Shown: positions 1 to 14,767 of the stretch, piece by piece
How the letters are laid out: every line of letters begins with the position of its first letter
How positions within the stretch are numbered: position 1 is the stretch's first letter
Made by a program: the position numbers and the translations under genes
Source of the DNA: Felis catus
Taxonomy: Eukaryota
NCBI RefSeq assembly: GCF_018350175.1
Contig: NC_058369.1
Coordinates: 14,820,001 to 14,884,000 of the forward strand
DNA: 64,000 bases
Direction of reading: 5' to 3'
Notes under the pieces: model-generated
Told to the model about the DNA's origin: nothing
What the model saw: the letters and a program-made list of their open reading frames with translations, nothing else
The model's database searches: none

Positions 1-227
1 TGGATTTTCCTTAGAGTGTGTCCCATGACTAAAAAGAACTTTCTCTCTTGTTTTGTTTTGTTTTGTTTTTTGACAGCTGCACATAAATCTGTTCTATGGA
101 TGTATCATGATTTATTTAACCTCGAAAATGCTATTTTAAAAAATAAAGGTAGAATGTTTTTCTTTGGTCTTTAAAAATGATGGCCTTTAAATTCTGTGTA
201 GGAGATTATTTTAAAATATTTGCAGAG

Positions 228-617
228 GGGCTCCTGGGTGGCTCATTAAGCATCTGACTCTTGGTTATGGCTCAGGTCATGATCTCACAGTTTGTGGGTT
301 CAGTCCTCACATCGGGCTCTACACTGACAGTGTGGAGTCTGCTTGGGATTCTCTCTCTCTTTCTGCCCCTCCCCTACTTGCACACGCTCTCTCTTTCTCT
401 CTCAAAATAAACTAAGAAAAAAAAAATTCCTGGGGTGCCTGGGTGGCTCAGTCAGTTAAGTGTCTGACTCTTGATTTCGGCTCCGGTGGATGGGATTAAG
501 CCCTGAGTTGGGCTCTGCACTGACATTATGGAACCTACTTGGGATTCTCCATCCCTCTCTCTCTCTACCCATTCCCCACTCTCTGTCTCTATCAAATAAA
601 TAAACATTAAAAAAATA
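228..617 (+). mobile_element. Two tandem Can-SINEs (tRNA-derived carnivore SINE)
   Basis: GGGG(C/T)GCCTGGGTGGCTCA-type heads near 228 and 432, (CT)n middle, AATAAA/A-rich tails. Confidence 0.9.
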
Positions 618-1745
618 CTTGTACAACATTGCCAAATGTTTTATAATCCTGTGTTTGTAGCCCTCTACCTTGGTAGAATTCTAGAGCTTGAAGCACCATG
701 CATGGCAGGCTAGTCCTACTTCCTCCATTTATAGCTCTGCACATAAGACTAAAGTGATAACGTTTTGCCAAGAGTAGCCCAGCCCTTCAGAGCTTTCGTT
801 GTTGTTCGTTTTCAACTATATGAGTACTTTATGAATACGTTCTTCTTGTTTAGAAGAAACATATACATACATCTGTAAGTTTCGGTTCAAGTTCTTTTTC
901 AGCACTCTTGCCAGTCAGGTTCTAATCCAGTCCTTCATCCCCCATCCCTGGGAGTCATTTGTTATCAGTTTAGGAATCTTTTTACTTGGCAGTTTTCTAT
1001 GGTAAATATGCATGGACTGGGAAAATATACCAAGTTATTTCATACATTGTTTTTTTGTTGTGCTTTGTTTTTAAAATTCAATGGAATCATCCTACGTATG
1101 TTATTCTTCAGTGGACCTTTGTTAACTGGGTTATGCTGGGGTCATTCCACATTAACTAGTACGTAGAGCTCTACCTCATTTTACATCTAGGCTGCCATGT
1201 TTTGGACAACCCATGGCTTGTTTAGGTGTTTGCCAGGGTAGGTAGGTGTTCTTTGGGGGTGGAGTCTGTGGACGGAGTGGTCGTCTTCTGATGTCTCAGG
1301 AGTGGGGTCATTCCCATTCAAGTGACCACTGGGTGTCTGCACCATGTGCTCTCCCAGGAGGTCTGGGAGCCCTCACTGCCCAGCGCCAGCCCCTGGAACT
1401 GGCACTGTCTGACTCTTTAATGTTTGACAGTCTGATGGGTGAGGGATGTTATCTTGTGAAGGTTTTAAGCCTCATTTCTTTTACTTCTGTTAAAGTCTCA
1501 TATCTATGATTGCTGTCCTTTTTCATGGAGGAAAAAGAAAAATAAGTCTGTTTTCCTATTAGTTGTTTTACCTTCTGATTTGTAGTTTTTAACGTGTTAC
1601 TCTTTTGTGTGTTGTACGTACTACTGCCAGTGTATTCGCCATCAGGTTGTTTGTCCTTTTGTATGTGATTCTGTTAAAAAGAACTTTTTCAATTTTGATA
1701 TAGCCAGGTTTATTCATCTTTCGTATTTGTGACTTACGTATTTTT

Positions 1746-2944
<1,199 letters not shown>

Positions 2945-3065
2945 CTCTTTTATGTATTTTTAAAGGCCCAGACAGTCTCAAGATCATCAGTATAATTTTA
3001 TTTTTACACTGAGATGTTTAATGCATCTGCTATTTTATTTTTGAATGGTGTGACTTAGGGATTTA

Positions 3066-3275
3066 ACTTTTTTTTTTTTTTAATGTTCATTTTTGAAAGA
3101 GAGAGAGAGAGAGACAGAGAGAGAGAGAGACAGAGAGTGAGCCGGGGAGGGGCCAAGAGAGGGAAACACAGAATCCGAAGCACGGAGCCCAACGCGGGGC
3201 CCAAACCCACGAACCTTGAGATCATGACCTGAGCCGAAGTCGGATGCCCTACAGACTGAGCCACCCAGGCGCACC
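3066..3275 (-). mobile_element. Can-SINE
   Basis: Antisense SINE body flanked by TSD AGGGATTTAACTTTT. Confidence 0.92.
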
Positions 3276-3668
3276 AGGGATTTAACTTTTAATAGTCCTT
3301 TTTTTTCTCACTAATTTGAACTTTCAACATAAATCACTCTTTTTCTGTGTATTTGATGTAGGCCAGGGAAATCTTTCCAATTTGTTCTCCTTTCACTTGT
3401 CTCTTCTTGTACAATTACTCTTTGTATGAAGTTTGGAATTGGCTGATCTAGTTTCAGTTTTAAAAATCTTAAGAGAATTTTCCTTGAGACCGCATTGAAT
3501 TGATAGATTTGTTTCTACTTGGGCATTTCTCTGCTGCCTCTCAAGGATACTCTTCTTTTGATGATTAGAATTTCAATTTTATCCTTTCTGTTCACATGGT
3601 TATTACTCAGTGCTATGGCTGTGTTGTTCACGAGTGCTAATGTTGTCCATAATCACTTTTTGCCGCAG

Positions 3669-3866
3669 ATTATAACTACACCAACCAAGGCTTATCAACT
3701 TTGGTCTCGACCAGTACCAAAACTAAGCCCCGAAGCAGGGAGCTCTGGCCCTGTGCTTGCTCAGAATCCCAGCACATTAGATGATAATATCTTGAATGAG
3801 CCAGTTCCACCTGAGATGAATGAACAGGCTTTTGAGGCCATTTCTGAAGAGCTTAGGATGGTGCAG
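3669..3866 (+). CDS. KIF15: KIF15 coding exon (1 of 19 in window)
   Basis: ccgcag|[11 protein letters not shown]...[11 protein letters not shown]|gtaatg, 198 nt. Confidence 0.95.
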
Positions 3867-6438
3867 GTAATGGTTAGTTTTAGAAAAAGCAAGTAACTAG
3901 ACATTCATTGAGAAACTCCCTGTATCTTGTCAGCTCTAATATGTAGTGTTCAAATCTGTGTGGTATTAAAATTGTATCTTGTTAAACACGGGTGTGTGAA
4001 AGCAGAAATCAGCCTGCTTTTGCTCGTTCTTTTTGTTTGCTCTGCGGTATTTAGCAAGTCCCACTGTCTAGTCTCCTCAGGTTTTGGCTCTCTCCTATAT
4101 GAAGAGACCAGTCTTGTCCCCAGCTTCAAGTTCCAGAACGGGTTTATATAGCACAGTACTGTATCTGCAAAGAAAATTAAAATAATTGAAAGAATCTTCT
4201 TATACATCGAATTGCAGACAGTTTTTTTTTTTTTTTTAATTTTTTTTTTTCAACGTTTATTTATTTTTGGGACAGAGAGAGACAGAGCATGAACGGGGGA
4301 GGGGCAGAGAGAGAGGGAGACACAGAATCGGAAACAGGCTCCAGGCTCTGAGCCATCAGCCCAGATCCTGACGCGGGGCTCGAACTCACGGACCGCGAGA
4401 TCGTGACCTGGCTGAAGTCGGACGCTTAACCGACTGCGCCACCCAGGCGCCCCAAGACAGTTTTTGATGTATTTGAAAGAACATGTGAAATGTGTTTATC
4501 TCAGAATTCTGGTGATTTATTTTTTCAGAAAGTTTTTCTGCTGTTTGACAATACTTAGAGTGAGCCAGACTACCCTCAAATTCCAAAAGTTCGCCCTTTC
4601 CAAGGCATGGAGGCCATTCTTGTAAAGTCACTCCATGCAGCCTTGGGAAAGATTCTTAGAAGTCTCAAGGTGCTCTAGGATTGATTCCATTGAATCATTT
4701 TTCCCCTTTGTGTTTCAAATTATCCGCTTTGATGGACCACAAGTGTAATTCTGAAACATGAGAAGTCATTAGTGTAGTCTTTGGAACTTGTTTTCTGGCT
4801 CCAAACTGGCCTTTGATATCTTTGTCTGTGTGAGGTTTTGAATTTTATTCTATTTTGTTTTATTTAGTGGAATGTTTGCGATTTCCACTGAAAAGAATTT
4901 TTGACAACTCAAGTTTGTGTGTTGCAGGAACAGATGAGTGCCCTTCAAGTCAAGTTGGATGAGGAAGAGCATAAAAACCTGAAGCTTCAGCAGCACATTG
5001 ACAAACTGGAACATCATTCTGTACAGACGCGGGAGGTGAGACCCAAGAGCAGGGCCTCAGAAGATGTATGAAACAGATCCTCAAAGGAAGAGCGTTACAA
5101 GAAGAACAGGACTTTGCAAAGCCTTTGTCAAGGCTCATTTGGGTTGTATTCTTTATTGTGTTACTTCACACACTGCTCTGATAATGACACACACCGCCTA
5201 GGCTGAATTCTAGCTCACTTAGTGGACAGCACAGATAGGGCCCTTGCTCTCGGTTCGGAACAAGGCAGGGTAGATGGCCCAGGTGCTTGCAGTGGCCCTG
5301 CCTCTTTGTTGGTCTTCCTCACTGTAGTTCGTGGGAACAGCCGACTTTCTTCTGTCAGACACCTGAAGCTAGATGTTAAAAACAGAAACAAGGTAATGAT
5401 TTGGAGAGTATCTTAGCATGCCAGTATACCTTTTTCTAATAAATTTATCTTTTTCTCAAAGCTTTTCTCGTCAGAAAGAACTGATTGGACCAGACAGCAG
5501 CAAGAGCATCTCTCACAACTGAATGTCCTTGAAAAGCAGCTTCGGGACGCTCAAACTAAGAATGAGTGTAAGTTCGAACGGCTGGGAGCTTTGTGATCTG
5601 AATACCGTGACTCAGTATTCCTGACCTCTATGAGTAAATCTTGCCCCTGTGTTTTTGGTTGTTTTGTTTTGTTTTTAATTAGATGACCAGACTTGGGTCT
5701 GCAAGGCAGTGGTAAGTAATAGTCTCATATCAGAAAGGGTGCTTTGCTTCAGGACTGGTCATAAACAAGTGATTGAACTGGTTGCTGAACCTTTTAATAC
5801 TGCTTTGAAAATGAAGTGTCTTGAAATCATAAGATGAATAATATTTTGACAGTGAGAAAATAAAGAATAACTATGTATTTGTATATGTCCATAGAGGTGG
5901 GAGTATCATTTGATTCCCAATTTTTTGCAGTTTATTTCTCCTTTCATCAAAGTGTTTGCAGCAGTTTGTAATAAAGCTAAAACAAAAGGTGGCCATTATG
6001 TTTTCTTTGATCTAAAGAGTTACTTGATGTCACCTCCAATTGGAGTTTTCTTAGAAGACCAGCAGTGTTTAACCCATTTTGGAATGTTCTGGTGTATCAC
6101 CAAAGGGTTTTCAATAAGTAAGATTAGGTCACTTAAAATATGTTAAATCTGTTGATTTTTTTCTCCCTTATATTAAAAGTTGCCATACACATGCCTCAGG
6201 AGAAAGTGGAATAGTCAAGTGACCTGCAGATCAGGGACAGATGTTAACCCTTTACTTTTTTTGTAGAAATATACCAAAAATCATAAATGAGGAGGAATAA
6301 AATAGAAATCTCTGTGCTCCTAGTAGGTACCTACCACTTGGTTGTTCAACATCTTAAGATTGGTCTCTCCAACTTGTTTTTGCTGTTTGTGTGAAAATAT
6401 CCATCCAACCTCTTTGTCTACTTTGTTAAAAAAAAAAA

Positions 6439-6491
<53 letters not shown>

Positions 6492-9400
6492 GAAACCTGT
6501 TGAGAATGTATTTTGTTTTGTTTTTTAGTTTTGAAAAGTGAGGTGCATGACCTGCGAGTAGTTCTTCACTCTGCAGACAAGGAGCTGTCTTCCGTGAGGC
6601 TGGAGTATAGTTCGTTCAGAGAGAGTCAGGAGAGAGAGCTGAGTAGCCTCTCTGATCGACACGCGCACACACAGCTCCAGCTGGATAGCGTCAGGTAGAG
6701 TTGTTCTGTTATGCTGTCCAGTTGCCTGGTTGGGGCCTGCAGTCCAGGACTGCTCTCCGTGCAAGTGCTATAAACCCAACTCAAACTAGTTAAACAAAAA
6801 GGTAAATTACTGGCTCACAATAACGGGGAGGCCTAGAGGTGATTTTGGTTTCAGGGGCAAACTAGACCGAGTCTCAAAAGATACTGTCAGTGCACATTTC
6901 TCTCTGTCTCTGTCTCTGTCTCTCTCAGTTCCTGCTCTGCTTCCCTCATTATGTTGCCCTTACTCAGTCCTACTATTGAGAACCTTCCTCTCTGTGACGG
7001 GGAACAGATCGCCTCAGACCGCTGCATATTCTCTTAGCGTAATGACCCCTGTGATGAAATCCTCTGTCCCAGAAGGCATGTATCAATCCCAGGGAAAATC
7101 TGAATTGGTTTTGCAGGAGTCCTCTGCTTACCTGCGGACCAGTCACTTCCCAGGGGTTTGAGGTGATATAGGCCCAACATAGGTGATGCACCTTTTCCAG
7201 AGGGAGAGGTATGCTCTTATTAGAAGAAGGGACAGTACAAGGTAGAACAGATCAGTAGTTGTCACTGTTGTCCACAGTAACTTGTCAGAGGCTGGCAGGA
7301 GTCAGTGCTGGTAATCTTGAAATAAAGGAATGACAGATGTAAGGGGTTTGTTTTTACTACTCTTTTCCTTGCCAATTTCAACCTTTTATAAAATCATTTT
7401 GTGTTTTGGTTGCCATCGTATGGGTCCTTGGCAATAATTTAATAATGGACATTTGGCACGTGATGCTGTGAGCATGATACACGTTGCAAAGGTTTAAATC
7501 TGAAGTTTTTATGTGTTTTCTGCACGAGGAATTCAAATAGAGGAAGAAAATTTGAGATCTGCAGACCGGATTCATCCATAAACATGTTTTTGCTGGATCT
7601 TCCCAGTGTGGTTTTAAAAAGTTTAGCATAGGGGCGCCTGGGTGGTTCAGTTGTTGGGCATCTGACTTGGGCTCGGGTCATGATCTCATGGTTTGTGAAT
7701 TCGGGCTCCGCCTTGGGCTCTGTGCTGACAGCTCGGAGCCTGGAGCCTGCTTCGGATTCTGTGTTTCCCTGTCTCTCTGCCTGCCTCTGTCTGTCTGTCT
7801 GTCTCTCTCTCTCTCAAAAATAAACATTTAAAAAAAAAGTTTCGCATTGCATTCTTAAGATTGAGAGCTTTCTTATAAAAATCCATCTTTCAGCATCCCC
7901 TGAAATCCCATCCCTGCCCCCCGAATGACTCCTTTCCCGTGAGTTGGTGGGACGATGTCAGCCTCCACTGCCCCTGTTTCCCCAGCACCGAGTTGTCATT
8001 TGTCATCCCTGGTGCACTGTTGTTTTTTTCTTACCAGGCATTTGTGGGGTTTTTTTTTGTTGTTGTTGTTTTTAATCTTTATTTATTTTTGAGAGAGAGA
8101 GAGAGAGAGCGAGAGAGCGAGCATGAGCAGGGGAGGAATAGAGAGAGAAGGAGACACAGAATCCGAAGCAGGCTGCAGGCTCTGAGCCATCAGCACAGAG
8201 CCCCATGCGGGGCTTGAACCCATGAACCGTGAGATCATGACCTGAGCCAAAGTCGGACGCTTAACCGACTGAGCCACCCAGGCGCCCCACCAGGCATTTG
8301 TTTTTAACATCTGAATCACTGACCCTGATCTTGGCTGTGTCATAAATGAACTTTGTGTGCGTTTTTTGGAAAGGTCACTCCACTTATCTCGTTGGATTTT
8401 AATTTCCTCATGTTTCTAAGTCATTTGAACCAGATCTAAAATATTAAGAATCCACTATATTTGACTGTGTACTTAAATTCTGTCCTAAAAATAGCGAGTA
8501 CTTCTTTGCTTTTTAAATTTGATACAGTTTTTCTCAGTGTCTCAGGTTTAACTCTCTTGCTCAAACCGAGTGTATCACTCTTTGGGCTGCTTATACTCCA
8601 TGGCCCCGCAGGTGGTGAGAAGGCCCCTGCGTGAAATAGCCCAATACCGCTATGTGTTCCTTGAATCATTTGGCTGCTTTCCATACACAGTTTGTATCAT
8701 AAATACACACATCTCTCCTCTGGTCTATTGTCTGTATGCCTCTCTTTAGCAATTGATTTATACCACTTTGGTTTTGTTTTTTGGGTTTTTTTTTGTAAGT
8801 TTATTTGTTTTGAGAGAGAGCACACATGAGCAGGGGAAGGGCAGAGAGGGAGAGCGAATCCCAAGCAGGCTCCACGCTCTCAGCACAGAGCCCAATGCAG
8901 GGTTCAAACCCACAAACCGACCATGACCTGAGCCGAAATCAAGGGTCGGACGCTTAACCGACTGAGCCACCCAGACACCCCTGTACCGCTTTGTAATGTG
9001 CCACTTCTGCTCTGCTTTCAGCAAGTAAAGCAGATGAATCCCTGCCTAATCTGTTTACAAGCTGGGACATCTCTTTTGGATGGTGCAGAGTCAGGTTCAT
9101 TGTTCACTAGTTCTTGGCCGAGCCCTGGATGTTTGGGCCTGTCACAGCAGGTGCAGCGCAGAACGAGAGGATGAGATCCTGAGAAGCGGGAAACAATAAT
9201 CACGTGAATTAAGAAATGGTTCTTTCTGAGGGAGTTACTCTCTTGCTCAAACCAAAGCCACGTTTGCCATCTTAAAATCTTCCTAGAATTGAGAGGATGT
9301 GTGATGAATGAATAGAGGTGAGGTGTCAACAGAATTAAGTGAACGGCCATTTCCTAGCTTACGTAAGGAAGGGTTAGGTCTGGAACTCCCTAAAATGAAT

Positions 9401-12400
9401 CCACGACTCAAAATTGCCCACGAGTTAAGCATGTCTGGGTGAGACCATGGGAGGCAGAATGAGGAGGTATATGGCTCAAGCTAACATGCCCACCCTGTCT
9501 CCTCCGGCCCCGTCACACTGCTCTGTGGTCCATTGTGTGTTACATGTTTGTGCATCGTGGGCATCCCACACACGGTCACGTCAGTCAAGGCTTCTGTAAG
9601 TTGGGCACGGTCTGTAGACAGGAGCAGTGGAACTGCCGGCAATTGAATTCGCAGAACTACATTTGATGTTTATATTGACCATTGTAAAAATGTTTTCCTG
9701 ATAAAGATTAGAAAAGGAAAAGCTTCTTGAGAGCAAAGCCTGCCTACAGGATTCCTATGACAACTTACAAGAAGTAATGAAGTTTGAAATTGACCAACTT
9801 TCAAAAAACCTCCAAAACTGCAAAAATGAAAATGAAACTCTGAAATCTGATCTGAATGTAAGTTAAGAAAGGTATTGGTTATTGATGCATTTGTCCTGAA
9901 TGTGTGATTGTTCCCTGGAGCACAGGGCAAGGCCTGTTTATTGACCTCTTCCTAACTTCTGTACTGGCCCCTCGTGCCTGCCCACATAGAAGGTACTTGA
10001 TGTGTTTGTTGACTGTGCATTGCTAGTAACAATTTCTTAAAATCTAACATGACATTGTCTTTTAGAATTTGGTGGAGCTTTTTGAGGCAGAAAAAGAACG
10101 CAATAACAAATTATTATTACAATTTGAAGAAGATAAAGAAAACAGTTCTAAGTGAGTGCTATTTATCTTTTCCATTAGTTGACTAGAGTATCCTTTACTA
10201 TCACATTCTTTATCTTGAGTTGTTTGGGTTTTTTTTTATTGCTGATGCCCTGTAAGGTTATTTTTTTAAAACATTCCAAAATGAATATCCCGATTCTTTT
10301 GTATAAGAGGCTGTGTAGAGAAACTTAATTTTTCAAAAGCATTCAGGAAGTAGCTACGCTACTTTTGAAACGAATAGCAGTTGATGGTGATCAGAACTCT
10401 GGTCCTTCTATAAATAAATCTCGGTATTTTTATAACTGGAAGGTGGGGACTGATTTTTATTTCTGTCTCTACTATTCTTTTTCTAGCTGCTCTGTTTTTC
10501 TCTTGGTCCTTTAATACGGAATGCCATTGTCCTTCTTGCCTGTCTCTCCAAGTTCTTTTCCTTGGTGATCTCTGTCAGTCTCTTGGCCTCAGCCAGCAGG
10601 ATGATCATTACTGTAGCAAGAGGAAGTATTTGTTTATTCAGCAGATACCTGTAGAGTTTTTAGTACGACTCGGCTTCTCTTCTAGGCCTGGGGATACGGA
10701 GGTAACTACATCTAGTGGGCATACATCTTAGCTGGGAAACAGTTAACCATTTAGTTGTTCAAACACTAGGTGATATCCAACAAGCCAGGCACTATTCTGG
10801 TAAGTGCCAGAACATTTATTTAGAGGTAAGACAGTGAACAAAATATCCCCATCCCCATGAGTTTCACATTCTAGCACAGAGAGATAGGTAATAAACACAT
10901 GCTTATGTCAGCAAGTCCTGAGTGCTCCAAAGAAAGAGAAACTCGTAGCACAAAGATAGGTTCTCTTTGGTTTGTTGAAGAAACGGGTTCAGATCTTGAC
11001 TCCTGCTGGAACGCAATGCCTGATGCCAAGCGTGTGCCAAACAAAGTTCCGGTGCCGTTCACGGAATCTCTTCTGTACAAATGCACCCACTTCCTGTTTC
11101 CATTGGATGAAGTCATGAGTAAAAAAGATCATTCTTTTCTTTCAGAGAAATATTAGAAGTTCTTGAGGTTGTGCACCAGGAGAAACAGAAAGAAATAGCC
11201 AAATGCGAGCAGCAGGTGAGTGATCTGTGCTCTTAATTCTAGCCTTTGAGGTCTGTAACTCCCGGTCCGGTGTCTGGAGAGGTGCATTATGAACAAGGTT
11301 TCAGCTCTCAGGTGTCGAAAATAGGTAGTAAAAATAGATGGGCTTTTTGGTTGGTTGTATTATTTTTGAACTCTTGTTTTTCTAACTCCTGGAAGGCTAT
11401 AATCATACTTTGTTGGTGGCCCCCTGGTGGAGACCCACAGAATCAATGCCGTTTAACCCAGTTTCTCCTTTCCAAGTGTTACCTGATGAGCACCACACAA
11501 TATGAAAAGGAGAGTTCACCTTCTTTTTTTTTCCCCCCTATATGTGTATGTGGTTGGCTTTGGAATTTAATTCTTTTTCTAAAAATAGTTATTTTTCCCC
11601 ATAGATGGCAAAAGTACAGAAACTGGAAGAGAGTTTATATGCTACCGAAAAAGTAATTCGTTCTCTGGAAAAGTCTAGAGATGCTGACAAGGTTGGTAGA
11701 GGTTGAAGCTGAATCCCTCTTTATTTTCTTCATAAGTGAGGCTTTAATGTTCCCGTCCCCTGCCCTCAGGGTGCCTGGTAGCTGGCATTCCTGTAGACAC
11801 TTAGGCCTTGTTTGTCTTCCAAGGTTGGCAGAGAAGGGGATCTTCTATTATTATTATTATTATTATTATTAATTCTCCATGTAACTTCAAGAGGAAACTG
11901 TTCTACTTCTGATGGCACTGTTTCTATTTTTATTATTTTTTTATAGTTTTTTTTTATTTTGGGGTGGGGGGAGAGGGAGAGGGAGAGAGAGAATCTTAAG
12001 CATGCTTGATCCCAGTAACCGTGAGATCATGACATGAGCTGCAATCAAGAGACGGATGCTTAACCGACTGAGCCACCCAGGTGGCCCGCTGGTGGCACTG
12101 TTTCTAAAACCCATCCTGCCTCTCTCTTTACTAGGCTGCTGTTAGTGTGAGCCTTTCTGGTTGACTCTGAGTCCCATGATACAAACTGTCAGATTTCTGG
12201 TGTGTTGTCTTTAATTAGGATAGTAAATGAAATATGCATGTCCAAGTATAAAATTAGGTATAAATTTCTTATATGCCTACCTATAACTCATTCAGAAAAA
12301 CCAAAGCAAATGATTAAATCAAATAGAGTAAGGCCATTAATATACAAACTGATAATAATATAATGTGACGTATTTTGCTAAAACAAAATGGACTTCTGTT

Positions 12401-14731
12401 GTCTTTCGGAGAGGTAAACTGTTGTTTACCTCAGTAATGGTCTCCTCCTTAATGTCATTGGGTGTGAAGACATTGTTTCTCTCCTCATCAGGAAGTTGTA
12501 GCTGACCTCATGAGCCAGATCCAGGAGCTGAGAACATCGGTGTGTGAAAAAACAGAAACCATAGACACCCTGAAGCAAGAACTGAAGGACATTGGTGTAA
12601 GTTCTGTAACCGACAAGATACATTTGAGCACTCCCCAGATTCTTCAAGAGTTTGACAAATGCTACACCAGAGCAAAAGGATTGCTGTGGTCAAATCGGTT
12701 TGGAAATCCTAGTCAAAGCCTCAACAGGTTTCTGGATTCGCAGAACTTACAGAGCTTTTAATATGCTGACCCCTGTGAGGCGGTGCCCGCTGCCGCCCTG
12801 CTCTGATCGTCCTGGCCTGGGTTCAGTGCTCTGTGTGCACCGATTGGGAATTGCTGATCAGAAGCAGGCCGGTTGTAATCTGTGATAGTTAAGGGTATGT
12901 GGTGTTCCTTCGTTGCTTTGAGGAAAAACAATGACACATTTTGGTTAAGTTCAGAGACATTCCTTGTATAGCGAGTGAGTTTTTCCATTATTGGACTTTC
13001 TGGTTTCCTCAAGTAAGTATTTTCTACGAGTAACTACTTTCCCCCTCACGCGCGCACATATCTAAGTTGAATGTTGGTGCTTCCTCCTCACCTCGGGTCA
13101 AGGTGAAGTTTTTTGCCCACGTTGGTCATTCCTCTGCTACAAAGGGAGGTTGCTGTTCTCACGTTTGTTGCTGAAGGCAGTTTCTTGATAAAGGTGTGAT
13201 AATAATTAATATGGGGCGCCCAGCTGGCTCAGTCGGTGAAGAGTGCGACTCTTGGTCTCTGGGTCGGGAGTTTGAGCCCCATTGTTAGGGGCAGAGATGA
13301 CCAAAAAACAGTAAGAAAACCCGAGTGGTTTTTCACCGCTCCCTGTGGGACTTTTTGACTTCTCTTCACCATTCACGCACTTATTCTTCCATTCGTTTGT
13401 CCAATAAGTAGTTATTGAACTATTTGTGTTAGTCTCATCATCACCTCGGAGCTCAGACTCCTTCTTGTTATTTTAGTGAAAAAGTAAGCACAGGAAAGCA
13501 GACAGCTCTTACAACTTTCTTTCTGCAGTGCAAACACAGCTCTGCTTTGGCTGACAAGGAAGAGAGCAAAGTGTTGATTAAGAAACAGGAAGTGGAGATT
13601 CTGGACCTGAAAGAAGCCCTTAGACTGAGAATACTCTCTGAGGACATAGAGGTACATGTTAACACATCCTGACTCTTTTTTGCCTTTTTCCTTGTCAATG
13701 TTTGTATGTGTATGTGTGTGTGGAGGTTATTAATGAAGAAATAGAGGGCTTTTTAAAGGGACAAGTCATAATTAGAGCCATTTTCCCATAGGGTAGTTAG
13801 GCCAGTAATAGATAACACTAAAATTGTTATACTTTATCCAGTTGATATGCATTCATTTGTGCTAACACCTGGTGTTGCATCCACCTGAAACAGAATGCTA
13901 CGGGCACCAGTGACAGTCACAACAAAGTTTATTACAATGAGAGGCAAGGCCGACCAACCGGGACCAACACTCTTCATAAGAGTGCGGCCTCGAACAGCTG
14001 GGGTACAGAGTTTTTATAACCGATCACGTCGTTTTATCATCACCTGGGAACAGAACAAAGAAACAGGTTCCAGATGAGTTAGAAACAGTTGCCAGATGAG
14101 TTAGAAACAGTTGCCTAATGAGGTGTTTACTTTAGACTTTCTGCCTCGAAGTTGCAACCAGTGGATCTCCTTGACCCTGCCTCTGATGCTCTTTTCTTTG
14201 GACTTTTGTTTCCTTAATTGGTGAATTGAAGCCTAATTTACAAGGGTATGAGGCGTAGTTTACAAGAGCAAAGCAAGGCTGTTATCTCTTAACCTTCAGT
14301 GTCAACACAAAGCTGTTATTTTTCAAGCTAAGCTTTAGCCCTACACTACAATTTAACCCTTACGCTGGTAAGTTCCTGTAACTGACCCTCTTCCCAAAGG
14401 GGAGCAGATTGGCCACTGCGTTTACTTGGTGGAGTGGTAGCAGCAGGGAGCAAAGAAAGATCTGGTTAACAGGTTAACCAGCTGAGGTAGGTTTTAGCTA
14501 AAGTGGGTTTTAATTTTTCGTTGTTGGTGTAAATGTGTCTATTTTTAAATGAAGTAGTACTGGGACGCCTGGGCGGCTCAGTCAGTAGAGCGGCCAACTC
14601 TCCATCTTGGCTCAGGTCATGATCCCAGGGTGGTGAGGTTGAGCCCCGAGTCAGGCTCTGCGTTGGGCGTGGAACCTGCTTAAGATTCTCTCTCCCTCTT
14701 TCTCTGTCCCTCCCCTCCACGTGTGCTCGCT

Positions 14732-14767
<36 letters not shown>

